Shown piece after piece: positions 6,966 through 15,123 of a DNA stretch of 64,000 nt. The stretch lies in NCBI GenBank assembly GCA_040767365.1, contig JAXGOR010000004.1, positions 971-64,970 of the forward strand. The letters are read 5' to 3'. Position numbers and translations under genes: made by a program. The first letter of the stretch is position 1, and every line of letters starts with the position of its first letter. The notes under the pieces were generated by a model. It made no database searches, was not told where the DNA came from, and was given only the letters and a program-made list of their open reading frames with translations. The stretch is from Clostridia bacterium (GTDB taxonomy: Bacteria > Bacillota > Clostridia > Saccharofermentanales > DTU023).

Positions 6966-9389
6966 ATGGAAGTTGGGAGAAGGACCAAGCGCGTCGACGC
7001 CTTTGACAAGGCCACCGGCCGCGCCAAATACACGGACGATCTTTGTCCGGGGAACGCTTACGTATCGCGGATCCTGCACTCGACCATCGCGCATGGCCGG
7101 GTGCTTCATATTGACACAACTGAGGCAGAGAAGATCGAGGGGGTCATAAAGATTCTCACTTGTTTTGATGTCCCTGATATTCTCTTCGCGACAGCGGGCC
7201 ATCCCTGGACCACGGATCCAACCAAACAGGACATTGCGGACCGGAAAATCCTGAACGAACACGTCCGCTATTACGGTGACGATATCGCGGTTGTCGTGGC
7301 GGAGGACTATGTCGCCGCGGACCGGGCGATCCGGGCCCTGAAAGTGGAATACGAGGAGTATCCTTTTGTCCTCGACCCCATTGAGGCCCTGCAGGAGGGG
7401 GCCCCTGTCATCCACGAGGAACGCCCCGATAATCTGCTGGGGCACAGCAGCATCCGCCAGGGTGACTATGAGGAGGCCATCAAGGAGCCGGGCCTGATCA
7501 AGGTGGAGGGTTGGTACCATACGCCGACCGTCCAGCACGCCCACCTTGAAAACCACGTCGCCTATGCCTATGAGGAACAGGGCGGCCGGATCACGGTCGT
7601 CTGCTCCACCCAGATCCCCCACCTGATCAGGCGGATCACGGCCCAGGCCCTGGGACTGCCCTGGGGTAAGGTCCGGGTCATCAAGCCCTATATAGGGGGC
7701 GGCTTTGGCAACAAGCAGGACGCCCTCTATGAGCCGCTGGTGGCCTGGTTGACAACACAGGTCGGCGGCCATCCCGTCAAGTATGACAGCAGCCGTGAGG
7801 AGACCTTCGTCAGCAGCCGGGTCCGTCACGCCATGCATGCCCACATTATTTCCTGGCTGAGGCCGGATGGGGAGATCGTGGCCAGGAAGCTCGATCTCTA
7901 TTCCGACAACGGGGCCTACGCCTCGCATGGACATGGGGTGGTCCAGAAGGCCATGGGGGCCTTCCCCCAGCTCTACCCCTGCGAAAATTTTGAATCCGAC
8001 TGCCGGACGGCCTATACCAACAAGCCGGCGGCCGGGGCCATGCGGGCCTACGGCATCCCCCAGGCCATGTTCCAGCTGGAGAGCCACACCGAGGATATTG
8101 TGGACCAACTCGGACTGGATCCCCACGAATTCCGGCAGAAGCACTCCATGCCGGTCGGCTATTACGACGATTTTTCCAAGAACGAGCTCTACCATGACAG
8201 CCTGAGGCAGACCATGGACAAGGCCCGAGAACTCATGGATTACGACAGGAAGCGGGAACTCTACAAGAACCAGACGGGACCCGTGCGCCGGGGCATCGGC
8301 CTGGCCCTCTTCTGGTACAACACGGCTGTTTGGCCCATCAGTATCGAGACATCAACCTGCCGGCTCATGCTCAACCCGGACGGATCCGTCCAGGCCATGA
8401 CCGGCGAGACCGAGATCGGCCAGGGCTTCGATACGGTCTTCGCCCAGATGGTGGCTGACGCCGCCGGTGTCAAGTTTGAAGACGTCCATGTCTTCACCAA
8501 CCAGGATACGGATGTCAGCCCCTACGGCTCCGGCGCCTATGGCTCCCGCCAGACCTATGTCAGCAGCTTCGCCGTCGCGCAGACCGGCAAGCTCTTCAAG
8601 GAAAAAGTCCTGGCCCAGGCCCATGCCATGACCCGGATGCCCCTTGAGGTCCTGGACCTGGTCGACGGCAAGATCGTCCGCAAGACGGACGGCCGCGAGC
8701 TCCTGACCCTGGAAAAACTGGCGACGGAAACCCTCTATGACTTCAAGCGGAGCGAGAACATCGCGGCGGAGAGTACCTATTCCGTCCAGAGCAACGCCTA
8801 TTCCTTCGGCGTCTCCATCGCGGAGGTGGAAGTGGACATCCCCCTCTGCAAGGTCAAGCTGCTCGATATCGTCAATGTCCACGACTGCGGGACCCTGATC
8901 AACCCCGACCTGGCCGAGGGCCAGGTTCACGGGGGCATGAGCATGGGGATCGGCTACGGCCTCTATGAGAATCTCCTGCTCGATGAGAAGACGGGCCGGG
9001 TCCTCAACGACAACCTGCTTGACTACAAGCTGCCTACCACCATGGATCATCCGGATCTCAAGGCCGGTTTTGTCGAAAACCCGGAGCCGACCAGCCCCTT
9101 CGGGACCAAGGCCCTGGGCGAACCGCCGGCCTGTTCCCCGGCCCCGGCCATCCGCAACGCCGTCCTGCAGGCGACGGGCGTGGCCGTCAATTCCATCCCC
9201 CTGTCGCCCCACCAGCTCTTCAAGGATTTCTCGGAGGCTGGCCTGCTGGAGACGGAGGAGGAAAGGCAGCTCCGCCGGAAGGCCTATGAGGAATTGAAGG
9301 ATACGGTCATCCAGGTGACCGAGGAAAGCGGGACCGAAACGCCGGTTGAAAGCAAGAGTCCCGAATTGCAACCCCGCGACAAAGCGTAG
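6966..9389 (+). CDS. xanthine dehydrogenase family protein, molybdopterin-binding large subunit
   Basis: 807 aa with KPYIGGGFGNKQD, GAMRAYGIPQ and FGTKALGEPP motifs of Mo-hydroxylases. SD AGAGGGAG. It has an acidic tail of about 60 aa beyond the conserved end. Confidence 0.85.
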   Translation: MEVGRRTKRVDAFDKATGRAKYTDDLCPGNAYVSRILHSTIAHGRVLHIDTTEAEKIEGVIKILTCFDVPDILFATAGHPWTTDPTKQDIADRKILNEHVRYYGDDIAVVVAEDYVAADRAIRALKVEYEEYPFVLDPIEALQEGAPVIHEERPDNLLGHSSIRQGDYEEAIKEPGLIKVEGWYHTPTVQHAHLENHVAYAYEEQGGRITVVCSTQIPHLIRRITAQALGLPWGKVRVIKPYIGGGFGNKQDALYEPLVAWLTTQVGGHPVKYDSSREETFVSSRVRHAMHAHIISWLRPDGEIVARKLDLYSDNGAYASHGHGVVQKAMGAFPQLYPCENFESDCRTAYTNKPAAGAMRAYGIPQAMFQLESHTEDIVDQLGLDPHEFRQKHSMPVGYYDDFSKNELYHDSLRQTMDKARELMDYDRKRELYKNQTGPVRRGIGLALFWYNTAVWPISIETSTCRLMLNPDGSVQAMTGETEIGQGFDTVFAQMVADAAGVKFEDVHVFTNQDTDVSPYGSGAYGSRQTYVSSFAVAQTGKLFKEKVLAQAHAMTRMPLEVLDLVDGKIVRKTDGRELLTLEKLATETLYDFKRSENIAAESTYSVQSNAYSFGVSIAEVEVDIPLCKVKLLDIVNVHDCGTLINPDLAEGQVHGGMSMGIGYGLYENLLLDEKTGRVLNDNLLDYKLPTTMDHPDLKAGFVENPEPTSPFGTKALGEPPACSPAPAIRNAVLQATGVAVNSIPLSPHQLFKDFSEAGLLETEEERQLRRKAYEELKDTVIQVTEESGTETPVESKSPELQPRDKA

Positions 9390-9404
9390 ATAAGAGGTAA
9401 GTAT

Positions 9405-10286
9405 ATGTACGATATCAACCATCTTTACGAAGCGACCTCGGTCGATCACGCTGTCGCCCTACGCCAGGAACATCCGCAGGCCCTTGTCATCAGCGGGGGC
9501 TCCGATATCCTGATCAGCATCCGGTCAGGTGAGCTGGCGGCTTGTGACCTGATCAGCCTCTACGGCCTGGATGAGTTGCGCGGCGTCTCCCTGGATGAGG
9601 ACGGCAGCCTCCGCGTCGGGGCCCTGGCCAGCTTCAGCCAGGTCGCTGAAAGCCCCCTGATCAAGGACCTGATCCCTGTCCTGGGGGAAGCGGCCGACAC
9701 GGTCGGCGGGCCCCAGATCCGAAACATCGGAACCCTGGGCGGCAACACCTGCAATGGGGTCACATCGGCGGATACGGCCTCCACCCTCCTGGCCCATGAC
9801 GCGGTCATGGAGTTGACAGGCCCCCGGGGCGTCAGGCTGGTCCCCCTGACAGACTTCTATCTGGGTGTCAAGAAGGTGGACCTGGCCCCCGACGAAATCG
9901 CGACGGCCATCCTGATCCGGCCGGAGGACTACCGGGGCTATTTCGGCTACTACTTCAAATACGCCATGCGGGAGGCTATGGATATCGCGACCAGCGGTTG
10001 CTCGGTCAATGTCAAGCTGAGCGCGGATAAGAAGACAATCGAGGATGCCCGGATCAGCTACGGGGTGGCGGGACCCATCCCCCTGCGGGCGCGGACGGCC
10101 GAAGAGGCGGTCAAGGGCAAGCCCCTGACCCCGGATACGGTCGAAGCCTTCGCGGCCGGGGCCCTGGAGGACGTCAATCCGAGGACAAGCTGGCGGGCAA
10201 GCCGGGAATTCCGGCTCCATATCCAAAGGGAACTGGCGCGTCGATGCTTCACTGAATCGATCCGGCGCGCGGGAGGTAGTGTGTAA
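9405..10286 (+). CDS. xanthine dehydrogenase family FAD-binding subunit
   Basis: 293 aa, FAD_binding_5/CO_deh_flav_C type (…ISGGSDILI…, …IRNIGTLGGN…). Confidence 0.85.
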   Translation: MYDINHLYEATSVDHAVALRQEHPQALVISGGSDILISIRSGELAACDLISLYGLDELRGVSLDEDGSLRVGALASFSQVAESPLIKDLIPVLGEAADTVGGPQIRNIGTLGGNTCNGVTSADTASTLLAHDAVMELTGPRGVRLVPLTDFYLGVKKVDLAPDEIATAILIRPEDYRGYFGYYFKYAMREAMDIATSGCSVNVKLSADKKTIEDARISYGVAGPIPLRARTAEEAVKGKPLTPDTVEAFAAGALEDVNPRTSWRASREFRLHIQRELARRCFTESIRRAGGSV

Positions 10287-10789
10287 TGGCTAAGGTTCAG
10301 TATAAGGAGATCCACTTTGTTTTGAATGGCAGGGAGGTCACGGCTTCAGTTGACGTGCGCCAATCCCTGGCCGATACCCTCCGCGAGGAGTTCGGCGCCC
10401 TCTCGGTCAAGAAGGGCTGTGAAGTTGGCGAATGCGGCGCCTGCACCGTCCTCATCGACGGCAGGCCCTACAATTCCTGCATCTTCCTGGCCGCCTGGAT
10501 TGACGGCAAGGAGGTAACCACCCTGGAGGGCCTTATGGACAAGGATGGCAAGATCGCCGATATCCAGCAGGCCTTCATTGACGAGGCGGCCGTCCAGTGC
10601 GGCTTTTGCACACCGGGATTCATTATGTCGGCGGAACACCTGCTCCGTACAGGCAAGCGCTACTCGCGCCAGGAGATACGGAGGGAGCTTTCCGGCAACA
10701 TGTGCCGCTGCACCGGCTACCAGAACATTGTGGACGCCGTCGAGAAGACCATGGAGAAAAGACTGGCGGAAAAAGACGCGGACTCCTGA
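10286..10789 (+). CDS. (2Fe-2S)-binding small subunit of the molybdenum hydroxylase
   Basis: 167 aa with CEVGECGACTV and CGFCTPG...CRCTGY cluster motifs. The ATG overlaps the upstream stop (TAATG). Confidence 0.9.
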   Translation: MAKVQYKEIHFVLNGREVTASVDVRQSLADTLREEFGALSVKKGCEVGECGACTVLIDGRPYNSCIFLAAWIDGKEVTTLEGLMDKDGKIADIQQAFIDEAAVQCGFCTPGFIMSAEHLLRTGKRYSRQEIRRELSGNMCRCTGYQNIVDAVEKTMEKRLAEKDADS

Positions 10790-10812
10790 TGCCGCGTCTT
10801 CCAAGCCTTGAC

Positions 10813-10837
10813 AAAAGCGGGCTCCTGGCCCGCTTTT
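10813..10837. terminator. Bidirectional intrinsic terminator between convergent genes
   Basis: AAAAGCGGGC-TCCTG-GCCCGCTTTT, a perfect stem flanked by A-run and T-run. Confidence 0.8.
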
Positions 10838-10841
10838 CGCT

Positions 10842-11762
10842 TTAGTAGCCTACAAAGAGCTGACCCCAGTAGTATTTGTAGGGCTGGCCCGGGGCGTGGA
10901 AGCAGGCCACGCCGATCTCAGAGTAGTTGCCATTCATGATGTTCTTCCGGTGGCTGGCTGAGTTCATCCAGGCCTGGACCACCCGGTCGGGGCTCCTCTG
11001 GCCGGCGGCGATATTCTCACCGGCGCAGGCGTACCTGATCTTGATGGCCGTACACCACCTCTGCCCATTGGGGCGGGTGTGATCGAAAAGATTGATGATT
11101 TCGACGGCGCGGACGGCGGCCGACGATCGAAGCGAACTGTTCATCGTTACCGGCCCGAGGCCTTCCTTGGCCCGTTCAATATTGACGAGCCGCACAACCT
11201 CTGATTCGAAGTCATAGCAGAAGTAGCCATCCGGCGCCGCCGTAGCTGTTGTAACCGGCGCGGTCGTCGTTTCCGCCGCCGTCGTCGGTTCAGTCTCCTG
11301 GACCGTGGTGGTCGTGGTTGTGGTCGTTGTCGTGGTGGTGGTGGTCGGTTTGGCCGTCGTTGCCTGAGTGGTGGGCTTGGTCGTAGCCCTTGTCGTCTTC
11401 TGCGTCCTGCTGGTTATGGGTTCGGTCCTTACGGGTTCCGTTTCTTCTGTAGTCGGCTCTGCCGGCACCGGCTTCGTTGTCATAACGGTTGTTTTCGGTG
11501 TCGCCGGCGCCGGACTGGCCGACTTATTATCCAAAACACGCAGGGCCCCATCCGGCTCTGCGCGCTCTGTCCTAAATAATTGTATAAAGTCTGATATAGT
11601 TTCCTTATCTTCCCCTGACTGCATATTCACAGTCAGGCTGGGCATGACAAAGCGTTTGCCCTGAGGATTTCCCAGGCCGCGAACACCGTCCGCCAACGAT
11701 CCGTTGATGATGGCGACCAAGACAACGATTATGGAAGATAAAGCTGTGATGGTCTTCTTCAT
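10842..11762 (-). CDS. CAP (SCP/YkwD-like) domain-containing secreted protein with Thr-rich linker
   Basis: Signal peptide MKKTITALSSIIVVLVAIING. The C-terminal CAP domain reads ...GENIAAGQRSPDRVVQAWMNSASHRKNIMNGNYSEIGVA... Start taken at ATG 11762. Confidence 0.8.
   Translation of the reverse strand: MKKTITALSSIIVVLVAIINGSLADGVRGLGNPQGKRFVMPSLTVNMQSGEDKETISDFIQLFRTERAEPDGALRVLDNKSASPAPATPKTTVMTTKPVPAEPTTEETEPVRTEPITSRTQKTTRATTKPTTQATTAKPTTTTTTTTTTTTTTVQETEPTTAAETTTAPVTTATAAPDGYFCYDFESEVVRLVNIERAKEGLGPVTMNSSLRSSAAVRAVEIINLFDHTRPNGQRWCTAIKIRYACAGENIAAGQRSPDRVVQAWMNSASHRKNIMNGNYSEIGVACFHAPGQPYKYYWGQLFVGY
11304..11345. repeat. Run of 14 consecutive Thr codons in the CAP-domain gene
   Basis: Counted on the minus strand between the Pro codon (11346-11348) and the Val codon (11301-11303). 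Confidence 0.85.
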
Positions 11763-12034
11763 GTCTGCCTCTGTACCACTAGAAGTTTGGTTAATCCTTC
11801 TACTCAATGACAATGTATTATCATCGAGGGAGATCATCATACTAACTATTTATTGGTATGTCAATGCGTTGTTCAGAATACTTTGAGAATTTTAGAGAAT
11901 ATTATTTCGATTTTTCTTCATATATATGCTATTGGGTGTTCCAAAATAGTCCGATAATCGGAGACTTGGAACACATGCCCCCGGCCCTTTCCCCTGTATT
12001 ATGATAGGGATAAAAATATGAAGGAGTGACAGGC

Positions 12035-12586
12035 GTGATTCTTAACAATGATACTTTGAGATATATCCAGGAAAGAAGCAGCATCCGGCTTTACCAGGAG
12101 GAGCCCTTGACGGGTGAGGAAACAGACGCTTTGAAAAAGGCGGTTCTCGCGGCTCCGACAGCCCGGGACAGGCAGGAGCTCCGCTACCTCTTCGTCACCG
12201 ACCCCTCCATCATTGACAGGGTGGATGAGAGGATCTTCCATTACTGTGACGAGCCTATGAGGGGGCGCATGGTCGAACGCCAGGCCGACAGTTTCTTCTA
12301 CGGGGCCCCCCTGGCCGTCTTCATTGTAGGCAAGGATGAAAGCTGGGCCGACATCGACGCCGGAATCGCCGTCCAGACCCTGGCGATCGCGGCCCAGTCC
12401 CTCAACCTGTCCAGCGTCATCCTGGGGATGCCCCGCCTGGCTTTCAAACGCGAGGACCCCGACAACTGCCGCCTCCTGCTTGGCCTGGAGGAGGATGAGC
12501 GCTTCTGTATCGCGATTGCCATCGGCCGGGCCGCCACCCGGAAGGCACCCCACACGCACAATCCGCTTTTGATCCGGGATTTCTGA
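12035..12586 (+). CDS. nitroreductase family protein
   Basis: ...RSSIRLYQEEPLT...AAPTARDRQ... is a nitroreductase fold signature. GTG at 12035 lies 8 nt after AAGGAG. The ORF-track GTG at 12026 overlaps the SD. Confidence 0.75.
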   Translation: MILNNDTLRYIQERSSIRLYQEEPLTGEETDALKKAVLAAPTARDRQELRYLFVTDPSIIDRVDERIFHYCDEPMRGRMVERQADSFFYGAPLAVFIVGKDESWADIDAGIAVQTLAIAAQSLNLSSVILGMPRLAFKREDPDNCRLLLGLEEDERFCIAIAIGRAATRKAPHTHNPLLIRDF

Positions 12587-12687
12587 GGCAGGCCCCCGGG
12601 CGGCGGGCAGAGACATACCGTCCCTGCCCGATCCCGGGAAAGGTGTTAACATAAGAGATCCTGAATTCACTTGTAAGGGGGCAGTTT

Positions 12688-14745
12688 ATGGGTTGGGCTT
12701 TTTGGCCGCTTGTCGCTATCGTTATTTCTTTCGGCGCCTTTGCCATCGGCTATTATTTTCATAGGTATATCAGGAGACTCCCCAGCGCCGGGGAGGAAAT
12801 CGATCATTTCGGTCAGCTTATCCGGGATGGCGCCATGTCCTTCCTGAGAACGGAGAACAGGCTCTTGGCCCGCTTTGTCCTCGCGGCAACCCTGATCATC
12901 GTGCTCTTCGTCCCCCCCATCTGGCAGACGGCCACCCCGCTGAACAATATCGCCATGGGCCTTTGCTACATCTTCGGGGCCATCTTCTCCGGCCTGGCGG
13001 GTTATGTGGGCATGCGGGTGGCGACCGTGGCCAATGTGAAGACGGCATCCGCGGCCAGGGAGGGCCTGACCCAGGCCTACCGGGCCGGTTTCCGGGGAGG
13101 GGCTGTCATGGGGCTGGCCATCGTCGGCAGCTGCCTCCTGGGCTCCTCCATGGTCTACCTGATCTTCCCGGGGGATCCCAACTTCCTCCTGGCCTTCAGC
13201 TTCGGGGCCAGCTCCCTGGCCCTCTTCGCCAAGGCGGGCGGCGGGATCTTCACCAAGACCGCTGACATCGCGGCCGACCTCACCGGCAAGGTGGAGCTGG
13301 GAATACCCGAGGACGACCCCAGGAACCCTGCCGTCATCGCCGACAATGTCGGGGACAATGTGGGGGATGTGGCCGGTATGGGGGCCGACCTTTTTGACTC
13401 CAATGTGGCGGCCATCGCCGCGGCCCTGGTCCTGGCCCTCGATCTCGACCAGGCCCCCTTCATCTTCATGGCGTCGGCCATGGGCCTCCTGGCCTCCATG
13501 ATCGGGGTCTTCGTCTCCAATGTGAAGGAGGGCGGGAGCCCGGGCAGGGCCCTGAACCGGGGCACCTACCTGACAGCCGGCCTCTTCCTTGTCCTGACCC
13601 TGGCCGCCAGCCTCTACTTCGGATTCGAGCTCAGGCTCTGGGGGGCCGCCATGGTCGGCCTGCTGGCAGGCACCGTCATCGGCTTTTCCTCGGAAGTCTT
13701 CACTTCCGATGAGGGCAAACGGGTCAAGGCCGTGGCCCGGATCTCCCAACAGGGGCCCGCCTTCACCATCCTGTCCGGCTTCAGCAGCGGCCTCCTGTCC
13801 AGTTTCCCCTCCCTGATCGGCATCGCGGGGGCTGCCCTGGCCGCCTACAAGATCTGCCAACCCCTGGGCGGCGACTATGCCGTCTACGGGATCGCCCTCT
13901 CGGCGGTCGGTATGCTTTCGATCATCGGCATGATCACCGCCAATGACGCCTATGGCCCCATCGTCGACAACGCGCGCGGCCTGAGCGAGATGAGCGGCCT
14001 GGGCGAGGAGGTCCTCCGGGTCACCGACGAACTGGACGCGGCCGGCAACACGGCCAAGGCCATCACCAAGGGCTTCTCCATCGGGGCGGCCGGACTGACG
14101 GTGATCGCCCTCCTGGCCGCCTACCGCGAGACCCTCATGAATATCATGGGCCTGGATGTCCTGGTGGGTTTCGACATCCTGGATCCCCTGGTTTTCTTCG
14201 GCATGATGGTGGGGGTCGGTGTACCGGCGGTCTTCTCCGCCATGCTCATGACGGGGGTCAACCGGAATGCCGACCGCCTGGTCAATGAGATCCACCGCCA
14301 GTTCGACCAGATACCCGGTCTCAAGGAAGGCAAGCCGGGGGTCCAGCCGGACTACAACCGCTGCATCGACCTGGCGGCCATCGGGGCCTTGAAGGAACTC
14401 CTTCCCGCCGGACTCATGGCCATTGGGGTCACCTTGCTGGTCGGCTTCATCGGGGGGGTCTACGCCGTCGCGGGCTATCTGGCGGGCAACATAATGAGCG
14501 GGGTCCTGCTCGCCCTCCTCATGAGCAACGCGGGCGGGCTCTGGGACAATGCCAAGAAGTATATCGAAGCCGGCCATTTCGGTGGCAAGGGATCGGACGC
14601 CCACAAGGCGGCCGTCATCGGCGACACGGTGGGCGACCCCTTCAAGGATACGGCGGGCCCCTCGATCAACACCCAGATAACGGTGGTCTCGCTGGTCTCC
14701 TCACTGGCGGCCGGCCTCTTCGCCGCCTTCTCCCTCTTCGGCTAG
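12688..14745 (+). CDS. hppA: membrane-bound proton-translocating pyrophosphatase (K+-independent signature)
   Basis: 685 aa, multi-TM, with DNVGDNVGD, GNTAKAITKGFSIG and DTVGDPFKDTAGPS motifs. Confidence 0.95.
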   Translation: MGWAFWPLVAIVISFGAFAIGYYFHRYIRRLPSAGEEIDHFGQLIRDGAMSFLRTENRLLARFVLAATLIIVLFVPPIWQTATPLNNIAMGLCYIFGAIFSGLAGYVGMRVATVANVKTASAAREGLTQAYRAGFRGGAVMGLAIVGSCLLGSSMVYLIFPGDPNFLLAFSFGASSLALFAKAGGGIFTKTADIAADLTGKVELGIPEDDPRNPAVIADNVGDNVGDVAGMGADLFDSNVAAIAAALVLALDLDQAPFIFMASAMGLLASMIGVFVSNVKEGGSPGRALNRGTYLTAGLFLVLTLAASLYFGFELRLWGAAMVGLLAGTVIGFSSEVFTSDEGKRVKAVARISQQGPAFTILSGFSSGLLSSFPSLIGIAGAALAAYKICQPLGGDYAVYGIALSAVGMLSIIGMITANDAYGPIVDNARGLSEMSGLGEEVLRVTDELDAAGNTAKAITKGFSIGAAGLTVIALLAAYRETLMNIMGLDVLVGFDILDPLVFFGMMVGVGVPAVFSAMLMTGVNRNADRLVNEIHRQFDQIPGLKEGKPGVQPDYNRCIDLAAIGALKELLPAGLMAIGVTLLVGFIGGVYAVAGYLAGNIMSGVLLALLMSNAGGLWDNAKKYIEAGHFGGKGSDAHKAAVIGDTVGDPFKDTAGPSINTQITVVSLVSSLAAGLFAAFSLFG

Positions 14746-14798
14746 GCCGGGGGGATCAAGGCGGCTCCTGCCAATAAAAAGGAAAGGACAGAAAGAAC

Positions 14799-15113
14799 AT
14801 GCACCCTTTGGAAGGCAAATGGAAAATAATCGCGCACACATCCTTCGGGGACCTGCCCAGCGTCAATGAGATCGTTGTGGAGGGCGACAGCTTCCACGGC
14901 GTCATGCACGACGAGAAGTCGGGCAAGGACTATGACATCGTCAATGGCAAGATTGACGGCAACCGCTTCAGTCTGGAGACCTCCATGAGCTTTGTCGTCT
15001 TCTCCGTCACGGTCGAGCTTGAGGGAACCCTGGCTGAGGACGGCCGCCACATCAGCGGCAGCCTGACGGCCATGTCCAAGACGGGGACCTTCGAAGGCGA
15101 AAAGATCGACTAG
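14799..15113 (+). CDS. hypothetical small protein (104 aa)
   Basis: Good SD (AAAGGAAAGGA) and non-repetitive, beta-rich-looking sequence. No family recognised. Confidence 0.45.
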   Translation: MHPLEGKWKIIAHTSFGDLPSVNEIVVEGDSFHGVMHDEKSGKDYDIVNGKIDGNRFSLETSMSFVVFSVTVELEGTLAEDGRHISGSLTAMSKTGTFEGEKID

Positions 15114-15123
15114 GGTCTCCCCG

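Noticed and set aside
12667-14604. Very long antisense ORFs opposite real genes. Examples: 12667..14604(-) 645 aa, 18030..19910(-) 626 aa, 6960..8195(-), 8352..9449(-), 29893..31155(-), 32088..33866(-), 46866..49046(+), 55204..57051(+), 62481..63764(+).
   Set aside because: Each lies exactly opposite a gene with unmistakable family motifs (hppA, thrS, xdh, hydB, hydA, relA, ileS, and the DUF1624 gene plus ppdK). Their translations are low-complexity and rich in G/D/E/R/P/Q, as expected for stop-poor shadow frames in GC-rich DNA. None has an SD.
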